From the human T2T-CHM13v2.0 reference genome, Homo sapiens: DNA of 64,000 nt. Positions 13,161-28,795 of the stretch are shown here, piece by piece. Made by a program: the position numbers and the translations under genes. Position 1 is the first letter of the stretch. Every line of letters starts with the position of its first letter. The stretch is taken from NCBI RefSeq assembly GCF_009914755.1, contig NC_060926.1. The stretch is one strand, 5' to 3'. A model generated the notes under the pieces. It had not been told where the DNA came from and searched no databases. It saw only the letters and a list, made by a program, of their open reading frames with translations.

Positions 13161-13633
13161 TGTTGCTGTTCTAAGTACTTAAAAACAGTCTATAAAATGT
13201 AAATCTGTACATTTTTATCCTTATGCCATTAAATACTATTAAAGATCAGAGCTGAATGACATATACCACATTTAAGGAGATAAAGGTGAGTGTCCTCACC
13301 TAAGGACAAAAGCTTCTAATCATCCTGAGCTACAAAGAGATTCATCAGGGTCATTTTAACCCTAATCCAGGCACAAGCAGAGCTTTCCTCTATTATCAGT
13401 CTCATCCTTAGCCTGTTCGTCTGGTCCTCTAAGATACACAAATCCTGGAAAAAGAACCCTGGGCTTGTAAAAAGTTCTGATCTCATAAAGGAGTTTTTCT
13501 CAGGCTTAAAAATATTAGTACTGAGGGTCAGTCTTTATAATAGGCTTCCAAAAACAGATATCCCCTAACAGTTTTGGACCACTCCATTTACCAAACTGTG
13601 ACTGTGATAGCATGTACCTAATTCTCCCCCAAC

Positions 13634-13935
13634 TTTTTTTTTGTTTTTTTTTTTTTTTTGAGATAGGGTCTCACTCTGCTGCCCAGTCTGGAGTGCAGTG
13701 GTGCGATCTGCAACCTCAACCCCTAGGGCTCAAACAATCCTCCCGCCTCAGCCTCCCAAGTAGCTGAGACCGCAGGTGCGTGCCACCACGCCCAGCTAAT
13801 TTTTTTTTTCTTTTTGGTAGAGACACGGTCTCACTGTGTTGCCCAGGTTGGTCTTGCACTCCTGGGCTCAAGCAATCCTCCCGCCTCGGCCTCCGAAAGT
13901 GTGCGAATTACAGGCATGAGCCACTGTGCCCAGCC
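13634..13935 (-). mobile_element. Alu (AluJ-like)
   Basis: Poly(T) followed by gagatagggtctcactctg...ctcctgggctcaagcaatcc. Confidence 0.93.
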
Positions 13936-13939
13936 TGCT

Positions 13940-14130
13940 CATGTATTCTTAAGCTCACAACCCCATGAGGCAAACATCATGGACTATCTATCACTTCTAT
14001 TCACAAAGAAAACTAAGACTCGGAGAGGTGAACTAACTTGCCCATAGTCCTGCAGCCTAAGAGTGGCAGAGTAAGGATTTAGATTCATGCTAAACTATCT
14101 AACTCCAAAGCCAGATACTTCCTTACTACC
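13940..14130 (-). mobile_element. MIR fragment
   Basis: aagaaaactaagactcggagaggtgaactaacttgccca...gtggcagagtaaggattt. Confidence 0.65.
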
Positions 14131-15253
14131 CTCTATATTATCTCAAGAAATGATTCATAAAATAATCTTAATCACAATTCTGCTGTATAAAAGTATTTTT
14201 CAAAATATCATATAAACATAATGCAAACAACTCAAAATAACGCTTTTAAACATTCAAGTAGTACAGAATGCATAAGCCAGTATCTACCAAATGCTTTCAT
14301 ACAATAACAAAATTTCTCATTTTATTCCCATTCACAGAACTAATTAATCATAGTTCTTAGAAGCATTAAGAATTAAATAACCTTCAGGTAACAAGGCCAA
14401 GACATGATGTAAGGATAATCTAGTATCTATATTATTCTGAAATATTTCATAAATACCAAAAAGCATTTTTTGACTAAAAGCACATAGGAATACATCAAAC
14501 TCAGTAAAACATAACAGAAAACACCCCACATAGAGTCTCTATCACTTTCTAGGACAGAACCATGAGCTTCTCTCTATACCTCAGTTTCCACAGCTATAAA
14601 TTATAGAGTATTAATCTCTGAGGTCTCTCCCCATAAAAAAATCCTATAATCTGTAAAAGGAACTAAAATTTCAAACCAGATACTAATTTATAATGACTGG
14701 CCCAGAAAAACAGTATGCTACTGTGTGTGCATTTGTTTTTGATGACAAGAAAAGTATTAAAAAACAAAATACAATGAACCAATGTACTTAAGATGTGAAA
14801 TAATCTCACTGAAAGTTTACCACTGTTAATTACAACAGCTCTATGTCAAAATTAAAAAATCATTATGATGCAAGCTTCTAGAAATTAACAATTACTCTTA
14901 TCAAACCAATTTCATTCTTACAGGAGTTTAAGCACTGGATAGATGTTATATTAACACAGTTCAAAACTTCACCAACTGATAAGGTCTACGTGAGGAATGA
15001 ATGCTCAGAATCCCAACCATCTTACTGTTTAAATTCTCTGAAAATTTTCAGTCAGCCACAATTATATCTAATTGTTTTAAAAATATTTTAATAAATTAGC
15101 TTTCTATGTTATGCTTACTGTAACTTACATGATTTGACATACTTAGAGACTTTTATGAGAACTTCATATTGACCAGAAATACCAATAATAGCATAAGAGC
15201 AAAATGATCAAGCATGACTGTTTCTTAAGAAGACAATTTTAATAAGTATCTAC

Positions 15254-15963
15254 CTGTGTCAGTTACAACAAGTGCAGACCTGCCTGTTTTCATTTTTTTT
15301 AACTTTTCCCTTCCTGGAAAGATACCATTACTTTGTCTTTGTAGGGTATTGACAAACTCAGTCAATTCACACTTCCACATTGATATGTGATGCAGTCTTG
15401 AATGAGAATAGAAGTTTGAAATAAAATTGCAGTCTGAAGGTTTGGATGGCACTGAAGGTGCTGCCTTGCTAAACGTAGATACTGAAGAAGTGCTTTTTGT
15501 GCTTGAAGGCCCCTGAACAGTGGAGTGGTGAGCACCATTGATTTTAGTGTTACTGTGCAAAGGTGATAATGAGAAAGAATTAGTTCTGTGTGGATTCCGC
15601 AAAGCATCTGTGTTTCTGGTGCTTTGCTGCAACTGCTGCAGAGTGCAGTCTCTGAAATCAGTGCTGCTCTTCTCAGCCTTATCCTCCTCCTGGGAAAAGG
15701 CTGGAGAAAGCCTGCTGGCAACACTGTTGACCATGGGCACCAAGCAATCCTGTGTCTTTAAGGCACCATTAGAGCTAGGAGTGTGTCCATTAAAAATGGC
15801 AGTGCTCCCTCTGGGATGCGGAATTCCATTCTGTTTCCTTCCCGGAGAGGTCTGCTCCAGATCCACAAAACTAAAATCATTATTTTCATCTTCTTCATTC
15901 CAACTGTTCATGCCATTGACTTTGACTTCATTTTCCGTTTCAATCTTCTTAACGATGTGATTT
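15254..15963 (-). CDS. REV1: REV1 exon 6 (710 nt), Ser/Thr-rich linker and N-digit (R357/L358)
   Basis: tttag|AAATCAC...ACAG|gtagat. Matches ORF 15225..15911 and includes FYSHSRLHHISMWK. Codon 357 (AGA) is at 15396-15398. Confidence 0.98.
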
Positions 15964-18624
15964 CTAAAGCAGGAAAAAATTTTTGAGTTAATAATATCTG
16001 ACTTTTAGGTTAAAACAATTTTTTCATTTCATCATTTTCTTAGTGGTACACAGTTTGGTATTTCCCCCTTTAAAAACAGAAAATTCTTATATTGAATATT
16101 GACAATGAAAAAAAAAAACCCTGAAACTTAAACCACAAACTTTATATTCTGATTTGACAAAAGATCATTCTTTGCAAAAGTAGCAAGATAACTAGAAAAA
16201 TTCTAGAATATTAACAGCCCTTTAGGTGTTTTTTGTTTGTTTTTTATTTTCACTTCAGATAGTCCCAAAGAAGAAATAAAATAGAACATTTCTCATGGCT
16301 GAAGAAAAACCCAAAAAACTTTTCAGTTATTTTTCCCATAAAAAATTAATTGGAATCTATAAGCTGTAAATACCCAGTTCTGAAGCACAGTGCTTGGCAT
16401 TTACTACATGGTCAATAAATATCTGCTGAATTAATATACTACAAATAACTTTCATAAAAATGGATTTAAAAACCTTACTTGAATTCTTATTCCTAGTTTT
16501 AGTTTTTATGAAAGGTACTATTCAACACATTAAATCTAATACGAAACCAGATGGTTTCAGTAGGAAAAAAACTGACTATATTGATTAACCTATTAATGAG
16601 CTAACTGTTGCACAAATAGACAAAAAGTAAAGCCATGTCAATGTGTGGGGGTAATTCAGTAAAATTTACACCTAGAAAAATAAGGACGCTTGCCTTACTG
16701 AGAAGGGAAATTGCACTTCATTTCTAAGAAATGCATATTTAGATGCCAGGGTGGTACAAGGCAATCTGGACCAAGTTTCCTGATGACAGCTTTATAAATG
16801 CAGAACCCATGACAAATGTTATGCTAAAGTCACATCCTGGCTCCTCTAGACGTTTGTTTAGAAATGCATTCACGAGAATCATCTAAGTAACAAAAACAAA
16901 AACCTGAATTACAAAGCAGTAATTCATTCTACTTAGGAATGTCCAAATGTCCATAGCATTAATTCAATTACAGCGCAGGCTCCAGATGAAGGGCTGCCCT
17001 ACAGAGTAGTAAGCCACAGGTGAAATTACCACAGTATTATCAGGTTCCACCTAAAGCCCCTCACCCTAATACCAACTTGGTTTATTAGTAATGAGAGCCT
17101 GACTACACAGAAAAGTCCCACAAGCTGGATGATCACCCATTTCTGGGTTAGCTCAGGCTCTGGCTAAACATCATATGGAATGTGACAGGCAACTGTGAGT
17201 AGATGCCATGCTCACAGATGATCATGCCAGTGATGGGGAAAAAGACAAAGTAGATATGATTAAAAGAAGAAAAAAAGAAAACCTAATTTGTCACATGCAG
17301 AGAAAGTTCAGCCTCTTGAGATAAACAGAATGCAAGGGAGCAAGAAGTCACAGATGAGCATTTCAAAGAAATGTACAAAATGTACTGAATATACCCCCCA
17401 AAAAAACCCCAGAAAACAACAAAAGTGATGTACGTCAGAAAGTCTTACATCTAGTTTTGTGTCAAAAACATTCAGACCCTTTACATGCATTATAGCAACA
17501 CATGCAACAGAAAGCCATATATTGGCAGGAAAATACATTGTTAACATACATTCTTGCTGTACTATAGTTTCTCAGCCTAGACAAATGGACATTTGCAAAG
17601 TAGCTGTACTGGAAATATCACGGGTAGAGATACATTTTTTAGGCAATGGCATAAATGTATTAAGAAGTAAAATCTAAAAGGTAATTTCTTCCTAAAGTGT
17701 CACAAAGAAGATTTTGAAAAAACATATCTATTTTCTACTTTTATTAATGTGGGTAAGAAAAGAAAGCTAAAGCTACGTATTCTGTGAAAAGGTTTTCTGG
17801 TATTATTTGCTATATACCTTGATAGCACATTAAAAAAAATTAAAAGCTACAGGTAACATGAAAAATATTTGAATATGCTTGTGAGTACAAGTTAAATTAA
17901 CAAATGACAACAAAAATTACAGAAGGCAGTGATACTGGATCCTCTCAGATTAATTAGACTCCTGGTGTTTTCGAAAAAAAATATATCCAACTCCCAAAGC
18001 AAGCAATTTAATAAATAAAGAGAAGGCTAACCATAATGAACCACCTGATATACAAGGTAAGGCAACCCACCAATTAATTGTGAAACAATTTATCCAGGGT
18101 TGCAATTAAAAGCTTAAATTAAAAAAAAAAAGCAGCCACATGGAATAGTCTAGATTCACTTTCAATTCTATAACCAAGGGTCACCAACTAAACTTCCATT
18201 TATATATTTACATATTTAGAATGTTATGAATTTTGAATTTTTCAAAAATAACCCAGAAATATTAACATTTTCATTGTCTTTCTATGCATGGAACACAACA
18301 AAAATATAGCTGGTGCAGTTAGTTCCATTTTTGAGAAAGCAATACAGCAAATTACTTGTGAGGAAATAATTACTTTCATAAAAATCCATGAAAAAACTTA
18401 TTAACAATTAAGATCCACTAGTTTAAGGTGAGAAACCAGTATGACTGTAAAAACTTACTTACATTTATGAAATTATCATTATAAAAATAATTCATTTTTA
18501 GATAAGACACTCATACACACATATTTCAACATGTTTATTATAAGTGAATGGCCAGGGTTTGTATCTGCTTCTGTCTGACTGTAACAGAGCAGGGGCCATG
18601 CTCACTGCTAAAAACCAGCTTTGT

Positions 18625-18929
<305 letters not shown>

Positions 18930-18969
18930 CCAACCAGCTTTGCAGTAATCCCCAACTAGACAAACTTAC

Positions 18970-19122
18970 ACCCTGTTGTTGAGCTGTTTGGCTATATTGC
19001 TTGGACCTGGCAGAGGATCCTCAGGTCTGCATACAGGATTAAAGCTGAGACCTTTCTGCACACTGGACTGCTTGGTGTACAGCTGATATGGAATGTAGGA
19101 GAGGAGTCGTCCAGCTTTGATG
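18970..19122 (-). CDS. REV1: REV1 exon 5 (153 nt), end of BRCT and linker
   Basis: ttcag|CATCAAA...AGGGT|gtaagt. Encodes SIKAGRLLSYIPYQLYTKQSSVQKGLSFNPVCRPEDPLPGPSNIAKQLNNRV. Confidence 0.97.
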
Positions 19123-20381
19123 CTGAAACAAAAAGCAACACCAATTTAGAGTTCCATACTTGGTGACAATGAGCTTCATGAAAAATATTCAATGTCCTTA
19201 AAGATACAGTATTTCACCAACAACAGGTCATCTGTTTTCCTAGTTTATTCCTTCTTGCTCGGTTTTAGTGGTCCTAATACAATATGATCTTAGAGTGGGG
19301 AAAAACTGCAAGCACAGAGCTGAACTAGTCAATATTTTAAACCTCATGACTTTAGTATTTACCACCCTGTCAACAGTTAACAGAGAATCATCAAGACTTC
19401 ATCAAAATCTCATCTATTAAGGTTTTCCAAGATAAATAAACTGAATAAGGATGCTCAATTTCCAAATTCATGTCAGAAACTGTAAAATAAAAATATAGGA
19501 CAAAATAAAGAATCTCAACTTCAAGAGTAATAATTTATACTATTTTTATGTATACAAGAATGGTTAAGAGCCAAGGCCATTTGAAGATATGAACTCTACA
19601 AGGGCCAAAACTACCATGTACATCCTCACAGCATATCACACAACACCACTCAAATCCAGGGGAACACCAGTGTTCTAACGCTAGGTGGTACTAGCACTGT
19701 AACTGAAGTTCCCAAATGTCTGCTTCCTTTTGTACTTCAGAACTAAAACTAATTTGATTGCAGTATCTAAAACTGACATTTTCTTGCTAATAAACTGAGT
19801 TATATATGGCTACTCTACCTTTAAAATTATCATTTCACTTCAAATTTAAAAATAACCAATCAATATACTTATGCTATCATCCAAATTTCAAAACAAGCTA
19901 CTTTAATATTAGAAAATATTTCAAAACAACCTCTGGATTTTAAACCTAAAATATATACCAAGGAATCATCCCTCAGTTATTTAGAAAAAGACTGATAAAT
20001 AACATGATAAAAATATGTTTCTTATTGTCTCATAAATCCAAGACTTGACATTTTCATTTTCTTAAATGGTGTCACACAAAACTTTTTAAAAAATAATCAT
20101 TTAAGAAATGACTGAATTGGCTTACAGAATACTAATTAAAAATAACTGAGTCAACAACTTGGAATACAGGAAAACATACTAACAGATTCTAAAAACGGAA
20201 CTATATATGATACAGAGTATGTCCTTTATATAATTATGTCAATATATATTTAACAATTCTACCTAAAGTACCTTAACCTATATCAAATGCTATAACTATT
20301 AAATTATGATGGTAAAGAACATACTATACTAGTCGCAAGACATGTAACCAAATGGATTTATGACCAGGCTAAATGTTTTAC

Positions 20382-20435
20382 CAAAATTCAGGTTACATTC
20401 AAAATACATTCAAAATTTCAGGTTACATTCAAATA
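20382..20435. repeat. Short local duplication
   Basis: ttcaggttacattcaaa occurs twice, with an extra tacattcaaaa between. Confidence 0.8.
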
Positions 20436-20502
20436 TTAGAATCGAAACCCTAAAATTCGACTATTTTTTACTTTATTCTTCCTCAAACCAACTTTTCTTC
20501 CT

Positions 20503-20772
20503 TTTTTTTTTTTGAGACGGAGTCTCGCTCTGTCGCCCAGGCTGGAGTGCAGTGGCGCGATCTCGGCTTCACGCCATTCTCCTGCCTCAGCTTCCCGAGT
20601 AGCTGGGACTACAGGCGCCTGCCACCACGCCCGGCTAATTTTTTGTATTTTTTTAGTAGAGACGGGGTTTCACCGTGTTAGCCAGGATGGTCTCGATCTC
20701 CTGACCTCGTGATCCACCCGCCTCTGCCTCCCAAAGTGCTGGGATTACAGGTGTGAGCCACCGCGCCCAGCC
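20503..20772 (-). mobile_element. Alu (AluY-like) with internal deletion
   Basis: cacgccattctcc and gttagccaggatgg diagnostics; TSD cttttcttcctt. Confidence 0.95.
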
Positions 20773-23141
20773 CTTTTCTTCCTTTAATAGTTGGTCTCAA
20801 TTGCCTAACTATAAATCTTTGTTCTGTGGTATTATGTATATCAAACTCACTTGCTTCCCCCACCAAAAGAAGTACAGCTACTTAATACCTGAAATAAAAT
20901 CCTAACCTTAGCTTTCCATCCTTTATCATAGATAGCTATAACTAAGAGACAAGTAGAGAGTGAAACTACACCCACTGTGCCAGCTGCACATCTCAGGTAA
21001 AACCAAAAGTGCAAGGAACAAAACGCCCTATGATCATTCTCGCTTTTCCTGCCCTACTGACAGCATGCTGGAGTGATGCAGACTCTACAGGTACTCTCTA
21101 TGGTCAGCACTGATCATATACAAGGGTGTCAGGCCTTATCCAGCTCCTAACAAGAGCCATGTGGCCACCCACAGAATTCTTAGGCTTACATAAGTCAGTC
21201 CATGGAGACTGCTACAAAATTAGACAGCCAATTTAAATACTGCAAGTCTCAAATCAGATATCCTCAGAGATACTCAATAAAAAGAATTAAAGCCCAATGC
21301 ACTACAGTAATGTTAGTGAAGTAATGTCAGTTATAATTTGAAGCCTAAACCACTATCTATCAGTTGTATACTCCTAACTACCCCTGCTTGCCCATTTATC
21401 TATCTATAGATATATAGACAGAAACATTATCTGAAAGCATATTTGTATAAGACCTTTTTAAAAATCTCTCTGGGATTAATTTCTCACATTTACTATTTCC
21501 CCTCTTGTTCTAAGCGCAAAGGAACTGTACTGACATTTTCTACTATTCTTTCAAAACCAAAAGGAGAGGATAATAAAAAAATCCATCTTTATCCAAAAGA
21601 TAATACTACACGGTTTCCTTATACACTGAGTTTTTTCATGTACATTGAAACTATATTCTGATATATACATGAAAGAGTTTACATTCTATACAACGAATCA
21701 AAACATAGTCATAGCAAGTGAAATATTCATCTATTTTGGGAAGTCTTACTCTTGCTTTGTCCTACAGCCTCTGCGTTTAGGAACAAAAAAAAAAAACACA
21801 AGGAATGGCAAAAAAAACTCATGAGAGATAAAATTGCAATCAACTTTTATTTAAATGAGTTGCATAAGCACTCTAATATTTAAACACTGAATGTAATTAG
21901 AAACCAAAGTTTTGACTCATATGTAAGCACATGACAAACGTATATGGTTTGGGAGTTTAGAAAGAAAAGATAAACTGAAAGTCCTACTAGTAGATCCCAT
22001 TGAGCTGGCATGAACCAGAACAATAAATTATCATTCTGTCTCAACTCCCAACAGATCTATGTGACCATCTAATCACGGGATATACAAATATAAAAAACCC
22101 ACGCTACAAGGTTCTCAATCTACAAGGATCAACACAAAATCAAGAACAACAAAAACAAGAACAATCTGTAGCAACTTAGGACAATATTTTTAAATTATGC
22201 TCCATGACACTCCTCAGGTTTGGTGGGCCAGTGGGGTACGTCATAGCAGCTTCTCATCTATTCCACATTTCAAATTTCAAGGTAAAATTGTCTCAAGACA
22301 AAGACTGTGACAAAAATTTTTTAAACCATTACTTTTAATACACTATGTACAAGTGTGAGATTTACAAAACAAAGGTTTTAGTAAAATAATTTCACACTTT
22401 AATGTACACAGGCTCCTCATGAAAGGATTCCCTTGCCTCTTCAAAGTCAGGGCCCTATAACCATGCCTACATTAACTCAGATCTACTGACATACAGACAT
22501 CAGGGAACTGAAATTAAAGCAACACCCCACATACTTACAAGTGGCAGTTCCTTTTCAAACTGCTCGAATAAAAACAAAAACTAATTATTCAGAAGAGTAT
22601 GTAACGTTTATTAAATAGCTAATACATGTTAAAATTTTTAAGTATAATAAAATCTCATTAAAACACAGCTAAGAAGAGATCAACCAGGGATTAGAGTGTG
22701 AATAAAAACAGTGCCATGATTTAACCAAAAGGATTCCCTGTTACAATGACATAATGGACTCCTGGCATTTAAGATATATGCCAACACTGATCCATTTCCA
22801 CATGGGCCATCTATAACAAGCTTAATTAAATGGTAAAAAGAGGACACAAACAGGATTCAGAACACCTGGACTCTAAAACCTACTCTGTTCTTGGGCAAGT
22901 CAGTGAGCCCCACTGGCCCTGTCTCCTCAAATACAAAATGAGGCCCATAGGATATATAATCATGCTGTCCAAAATCACTCTTAATTATTTAAAGACAAAT
23001 GATTAAACCTCAGTCCAGACTAAGATAAAATCCATTAAAGTGAATTTTAACTATCTAAGTTGCTTTTTCTATCTTATGATCTCCCTAGGCGCATCTGGCA
23101 AAAAGAACACGTGCAAAACAAGCAACTGTAATGGAAAATAG

Positions 23142-23445
<304 letters not shown>

Positions 23446-23815
23446 GGAAAACACCATTTTTCTAAGTAAATCAATTCCCCCCAGCAAGATCGCTTTCCCC
23501 TCAACTCTCCTCCTGTCCACAGAAATTCCCCATTCCCTCCAAAGCCTAACTATTGCCCCCAGATAAAAACTCTAGCTCTAGTGACAACACAGCTCAACTC
23601 TGAGTGATCCAACTTCATATACTAAGACCAAGTCCTTTGAAGAGACACATACCTAAAAGCCATTTTAATCAATACTATATCATTGATAGACAGTGGTTAG
23701 GTCATGAGACCACAGTGCAAAGGAAGGAATCAGTGGGATGTTATAGGGACGAGCCTTTGACTTTATCCCTCCAGGTTTAAAAAATCCTTAATATGTAAAA
23801 TGTTATTTATTTGAC

Positions 23816-24122
<307 letters not shown>

Positions 24123-24368
24123 AATATATTTGACTTTCTAGAGATAGTAATGTACTTTTGAATTTTTGGAATTTTCTAATAATTGCTAATGTTACAGAAT
24201 AAAAATAAAATAGTAACAGTAGCTTCTTATATATTACACCTCTACAACATGCTAGGCACTGCACCAGGTTGTATGGACAAATGATTTTTATTTCTCACAT
24301 AACCACAGCAGGCAGATATTAGCCTTCTTTCACAAATGAGGAAACAAGGTCCTGAGTGACTGCATAAA

Positions 24369-24648
24369 GTTTTTTTTTTTTTTCTTTTTCCTGAGACGGA
24401 GTCTTTCTCTGTTGCCCAGGCTGGTGCAGTGGCGCCATCTCAGCTCACTGGAGCCTCCCATCTCCTGGGTTCACGCGATTCTCCTGCCTCAGCCTCCCAA
24501 GTAACCGGGATTACAGGCACAAGCCACCACTCCCAGCTAATTGTATTTTTAGTACAGACAGGGTTTCACCATGTTGGCCAAGCTGGTCTCTGCCCACCTC
24601 GGCCTCCCAAAGTGCTGGGATTACAGGCATGAGCCACCATGCCCGGCC
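24369..24648 (-). mobile_element. Alu (AluS-like) inserted in a MIR
   Basis: Reverse dimer; TSD gcataaagttt. Confidence 0.93.
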
Positions 24649-25294
24649 AAGCATAAAGTTTCTAAAATTATACCAGGTTATATGGATACTGAACTGCCGA
24701 GTTTGGAAGTTCTGAAGCCAAGTATGTCTCCAGAGCCCAGGCCCAGCCTTTTCCACCACGCTGCTTCTCCGTGAATTTATGCGGCTAAATACACTATACA
24801 AAGGAACTGAGTTAATACTTAATTTGTGGAACAGTTAATGGAGGGTGTTATAATTAGTAAAAGCAAGAACTAGAAAAAAAATTCAGCAACTGACTTAAAA
24901 AGATAAGCAATCTCTCATACACTGATTATAATCTATCCATACATAAAATTACTACTTTAATATTTTACTTCTTTTATAAATCAGTAATTGCTCATATGTA
25001 TTACATACCTCATGTCATTTAAAAATATAAACCACTTAAGTTTTAGCTCATCTCCAAGGTTTCAGATGACATATTTAAACTTAGGAAGTCAATATGAATG
25101 TCACCACTGATTTACAACTTATCATTTCCAAACCAACAGCAGAGAAACCACAATATAATCATTAAAAAACAGTAAATAATACTGCGACTGTACTCCCTCC
25201 TTTCCCCCTACTCCTAGCATTCTAGGTCCACATTATCTTGATGTATTACCATGCTAAAAACCTATGTGATAGACAACATGGTATAATGTACTCA

Positions 25295-25435
25295 TACATT
25301 ACTCATTCTTTCTCTCCCAACAGAATATAAACTCCATGAGGTAGTGAAGGGATCTTTGCTTTGTTCATTGTTATTTCCCAAGAACACAGAACACTGCCTA
25401 GTCTTTAAGAGGTGCACACATATTTGTTGAATAAC
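25295..25435 (-). mobile_element. L2 3' end fragment
   Basis: agaatataaactccatgagg...ttgttcattgttatttccca...atatttgttgaat. Confidence 0.65.
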
Positions 25436-25613
25436 ACGCTTGCTCCACCTTCTCCCATAACTGCTTCCTGACACTTTCCTGAGTCATCACCCCTAATTCC
25501 TGGCAAACACATTAACATGCTACTTTTATTAGGATGCCAAATCCTAGGCTATAGTATTATCAACATGAGCTTAAACGGTAGTGTTGTTTAAGACATTATT
25601 TTTCACCCTGTCA

Positions 25614-26157
<544 letters not shown>

Positions 26158-27277
26158 CTGCAAAATTTATATTAAAATATATTAAGAGTCTTATGTGTAA
26201 GAAGTAGAACCCTAATGAATAACTCCTTAAATAGGTCAACTTTAAGAATGTCATTGGTTCACCTTCTCCTTGGCTGTGTTGCCAGTAAACAAAGCTGGGA
26301 GGTAAATCACAAAGTGAGAAAGCTATGTTGCTTTTAGTACATCCCCCTTCCCTGGCTGCCAGACAACCAACTAACACAAAAACATCTAAGAAGTGCCTAG
26401 CAGAGCAAATAGGGACCTCAAGTAATGAATCAAATACTAATAACAGTACAAATATTTTTACATTTTTTACTATACTTAGCATATGACCTTGATATTGTGT
26501 TTTTAAAAATTAACAACTATAAACCCATTTATGAATCATTTTACAAAGACTAATCCTTCCACTCCTCCAGAGTATACAAGAGGAGTCAGATAAATAATAG
26601 TTACTCATATTTACTAAAAAGGAGACTTACTGTAGGGCTTATTAGTAGATTTTACTTCTAGAAAGCTTTATAATTTTTATTTTTATTTAAGAAAATATCT
26701 TAAAACTTAATCAAATAGTAAATATTATCCAGTTCCCTAATATGAAATTTCATTAAGGCCAAAAAATAAAGTCCAGCAAAACAAAAAAGACTGCAAACCA
26801 AGAAACACCAATTTTTTTCAATTTTGTTTCAAATGATTTATTCTTAATAAAACTACAGAAAATATCTTATATGTCTTAAATATTGGAAATATTTTAAGAA
26901 AATATCTTAAAGACACAATGTGACTTATGCTTCCCCCTAAGAAGAAATGTCTGATTCACTAAAGTCATATTATGGCCTGCATTACTAGCATCACATTAAT
27001 CATCACTGTTCTCTTTCTTTCACCTATCATCCTAATGAATGCTCTAACTCACACCTCCCCTAACAACAGCTGTACCCAGGGGGAGTTTCCACATGTGGCT
27101 TATCGCAAGCTTAATCCCAAGCAATATAGGTCCAAGTATTTAAATAAACATTTTCATTATGACAATAATTAGGTGAGCTTTAGTTTCTAGAAGATAAAAA
27201 ACTAACAGCACATACAGACATACCAGGTTTGTCTAAATTTTACAGCACAAAATTTGACATTACTGATTACAAATATT

Positions 27278-27562
27278 AGCACTATTCAGTAGAAAATATT
27301 ATGCAAGCCACATAAATAAAAATTTTCTAGTAACCTTATTAAAAACAGTAAAAAGGTGAAATTAATTTTATTTAACCCAATATATCCAAAATATTATTTC
27401 AACATGTAATCAACAGAAAAAATCTGAGATATTTACTTTCTTTTTTCTTCTTAAATCTCTGGAATCCAGTGGGTATTTTACATTTACAACGCATCTCAAT
27501 TTAGAATAGCCATATTTCAAGTGCTTAACACATGTTACTAGCAGCTACCAAACTGGGCAGTG
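27278..27562. mobile_element. MER33/MER3-like hAT-Charlie MITE
   Basis: gcaagccacat...tttaacccaatatatccaaaatattatttcaacatgtaatcaa...tagccatatttcaagtgct. Confidence 0.75.
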
Positions 27563-28795
27563 TCATACAAAGAGATTTAAAAGCATCCTTTTAAACAAAA
27601 TGAATTCAAAATTAATAATGGAAGTTTTCAGGGTTAAGGTTAAGTTAAAAACTGAACTACAGCATCAGAGTGATTTAATGTGAAACAGTAGAAATTAAAC
27701 AGCTAGCCAGTCAGGAATCTACAGTTCAGTTTCTTTCTCTAACACTAAAGAACCTGGCTGATCTTATAGAATAACAGTGAGAAGTATCAAATTAAAGGCT
27801 ACATTACAATGCATTAATATGGGCACCAAATCCAATGAAATCACAGAAATCTAAAAAATTAATTTGCAAGTTAATCTGTAACTTTCCTAAACTAATTCTA
27901 TTTAATGACTTAAATAGAAAACGGCTGTCCTTTACCGAATAAAAAGACACGTCAAGAACACATTAACTTTCCATATACATACTCATAAAGTACTCACCCG
28001 TCTACTAGCTGCTCTTTGAAAACTAATTACTCCAGAAATTTGGAACTGGAAAATACATTGCCCTTCTACTGGATGAAGTTAAGAGGGCTCTTTGAAGTTC
28101 ACTTCTGAAAGCTCTTACATATTCTTCAGTGTGAAGTGAAGCATGAAAACCAATCTAGTTAAAAGGCAAGATCACATAAACTATGGAATAAGACCGATCT
28201 GAGTTTAATCTTAGCTTTCACACTCCTGAGTTGTGTGACTTTGGAGAAGTTGTTTAACTTCTTTAGGCTTTCTCCTCTTTCTCCATAAACAAAGCTGTTA
28301 CAATGAAATTAGTCTGGCATGTAGAGGTCACTCAATATGAAAACTGCTATTATTATAAACTATGATCACACTAGAACTCCTTTCGAGTAATGTATATGAC
28401 CTCAGGATCCTGCCCTAGACTCTACGAAAAAAAAAATGACAGAAGACAATATACATAGGCTGACACATGGTGACCCAAAGTTTCAACAAAAACAGACCTG
28501 CCAATAGTGCACTATGGACAGCAGCCAGGGACCACTTTGTCAGGTCCAACAGGCTGGCATGCTAACTGTTGGCATGCATGGTCGCTGGAAGCTACCCTAT
28601 TTTGAATTTTTTTTTTTTAATTTTTACAGCAGTATTCCTCTCTGGTTCTATTTCTTCAATACTAGAACATACTCCCTTATTACAAGTCCAAAAGAACATA
28701 CACGATAACTGCAGATTTGCATAATAAATTCATTTTTGTATTTAACACTCTCCTTTAATTCAGCAGATGTGGGGTTAATTAGAAAAAAAATTGGG

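Noticed and set aside
15225-15253. Read-through tail GRYLLKLSS* after exon 6 as an intronic-polyadenylation isoform
   Set aside because: Only scattered ATTAAA hexamers in very AT-rich sequence, as expected by chance.
15538-15960. 140-aa plus-strand ORF and 120-aa alternate-frame ORF (15362-15724) overlapping exon 6
   Set aside because: Shadow frames of the real coding exon, with non-ATG or weak starts and no recognisable domain.
26158-26482. Upstream extension of ORF 25985..26482 as an alternative coding start
   Set aside because: Open intronic frame upstream of a canonical acceptor; low-complexity hydrophobic sequence with no REV1 homology.
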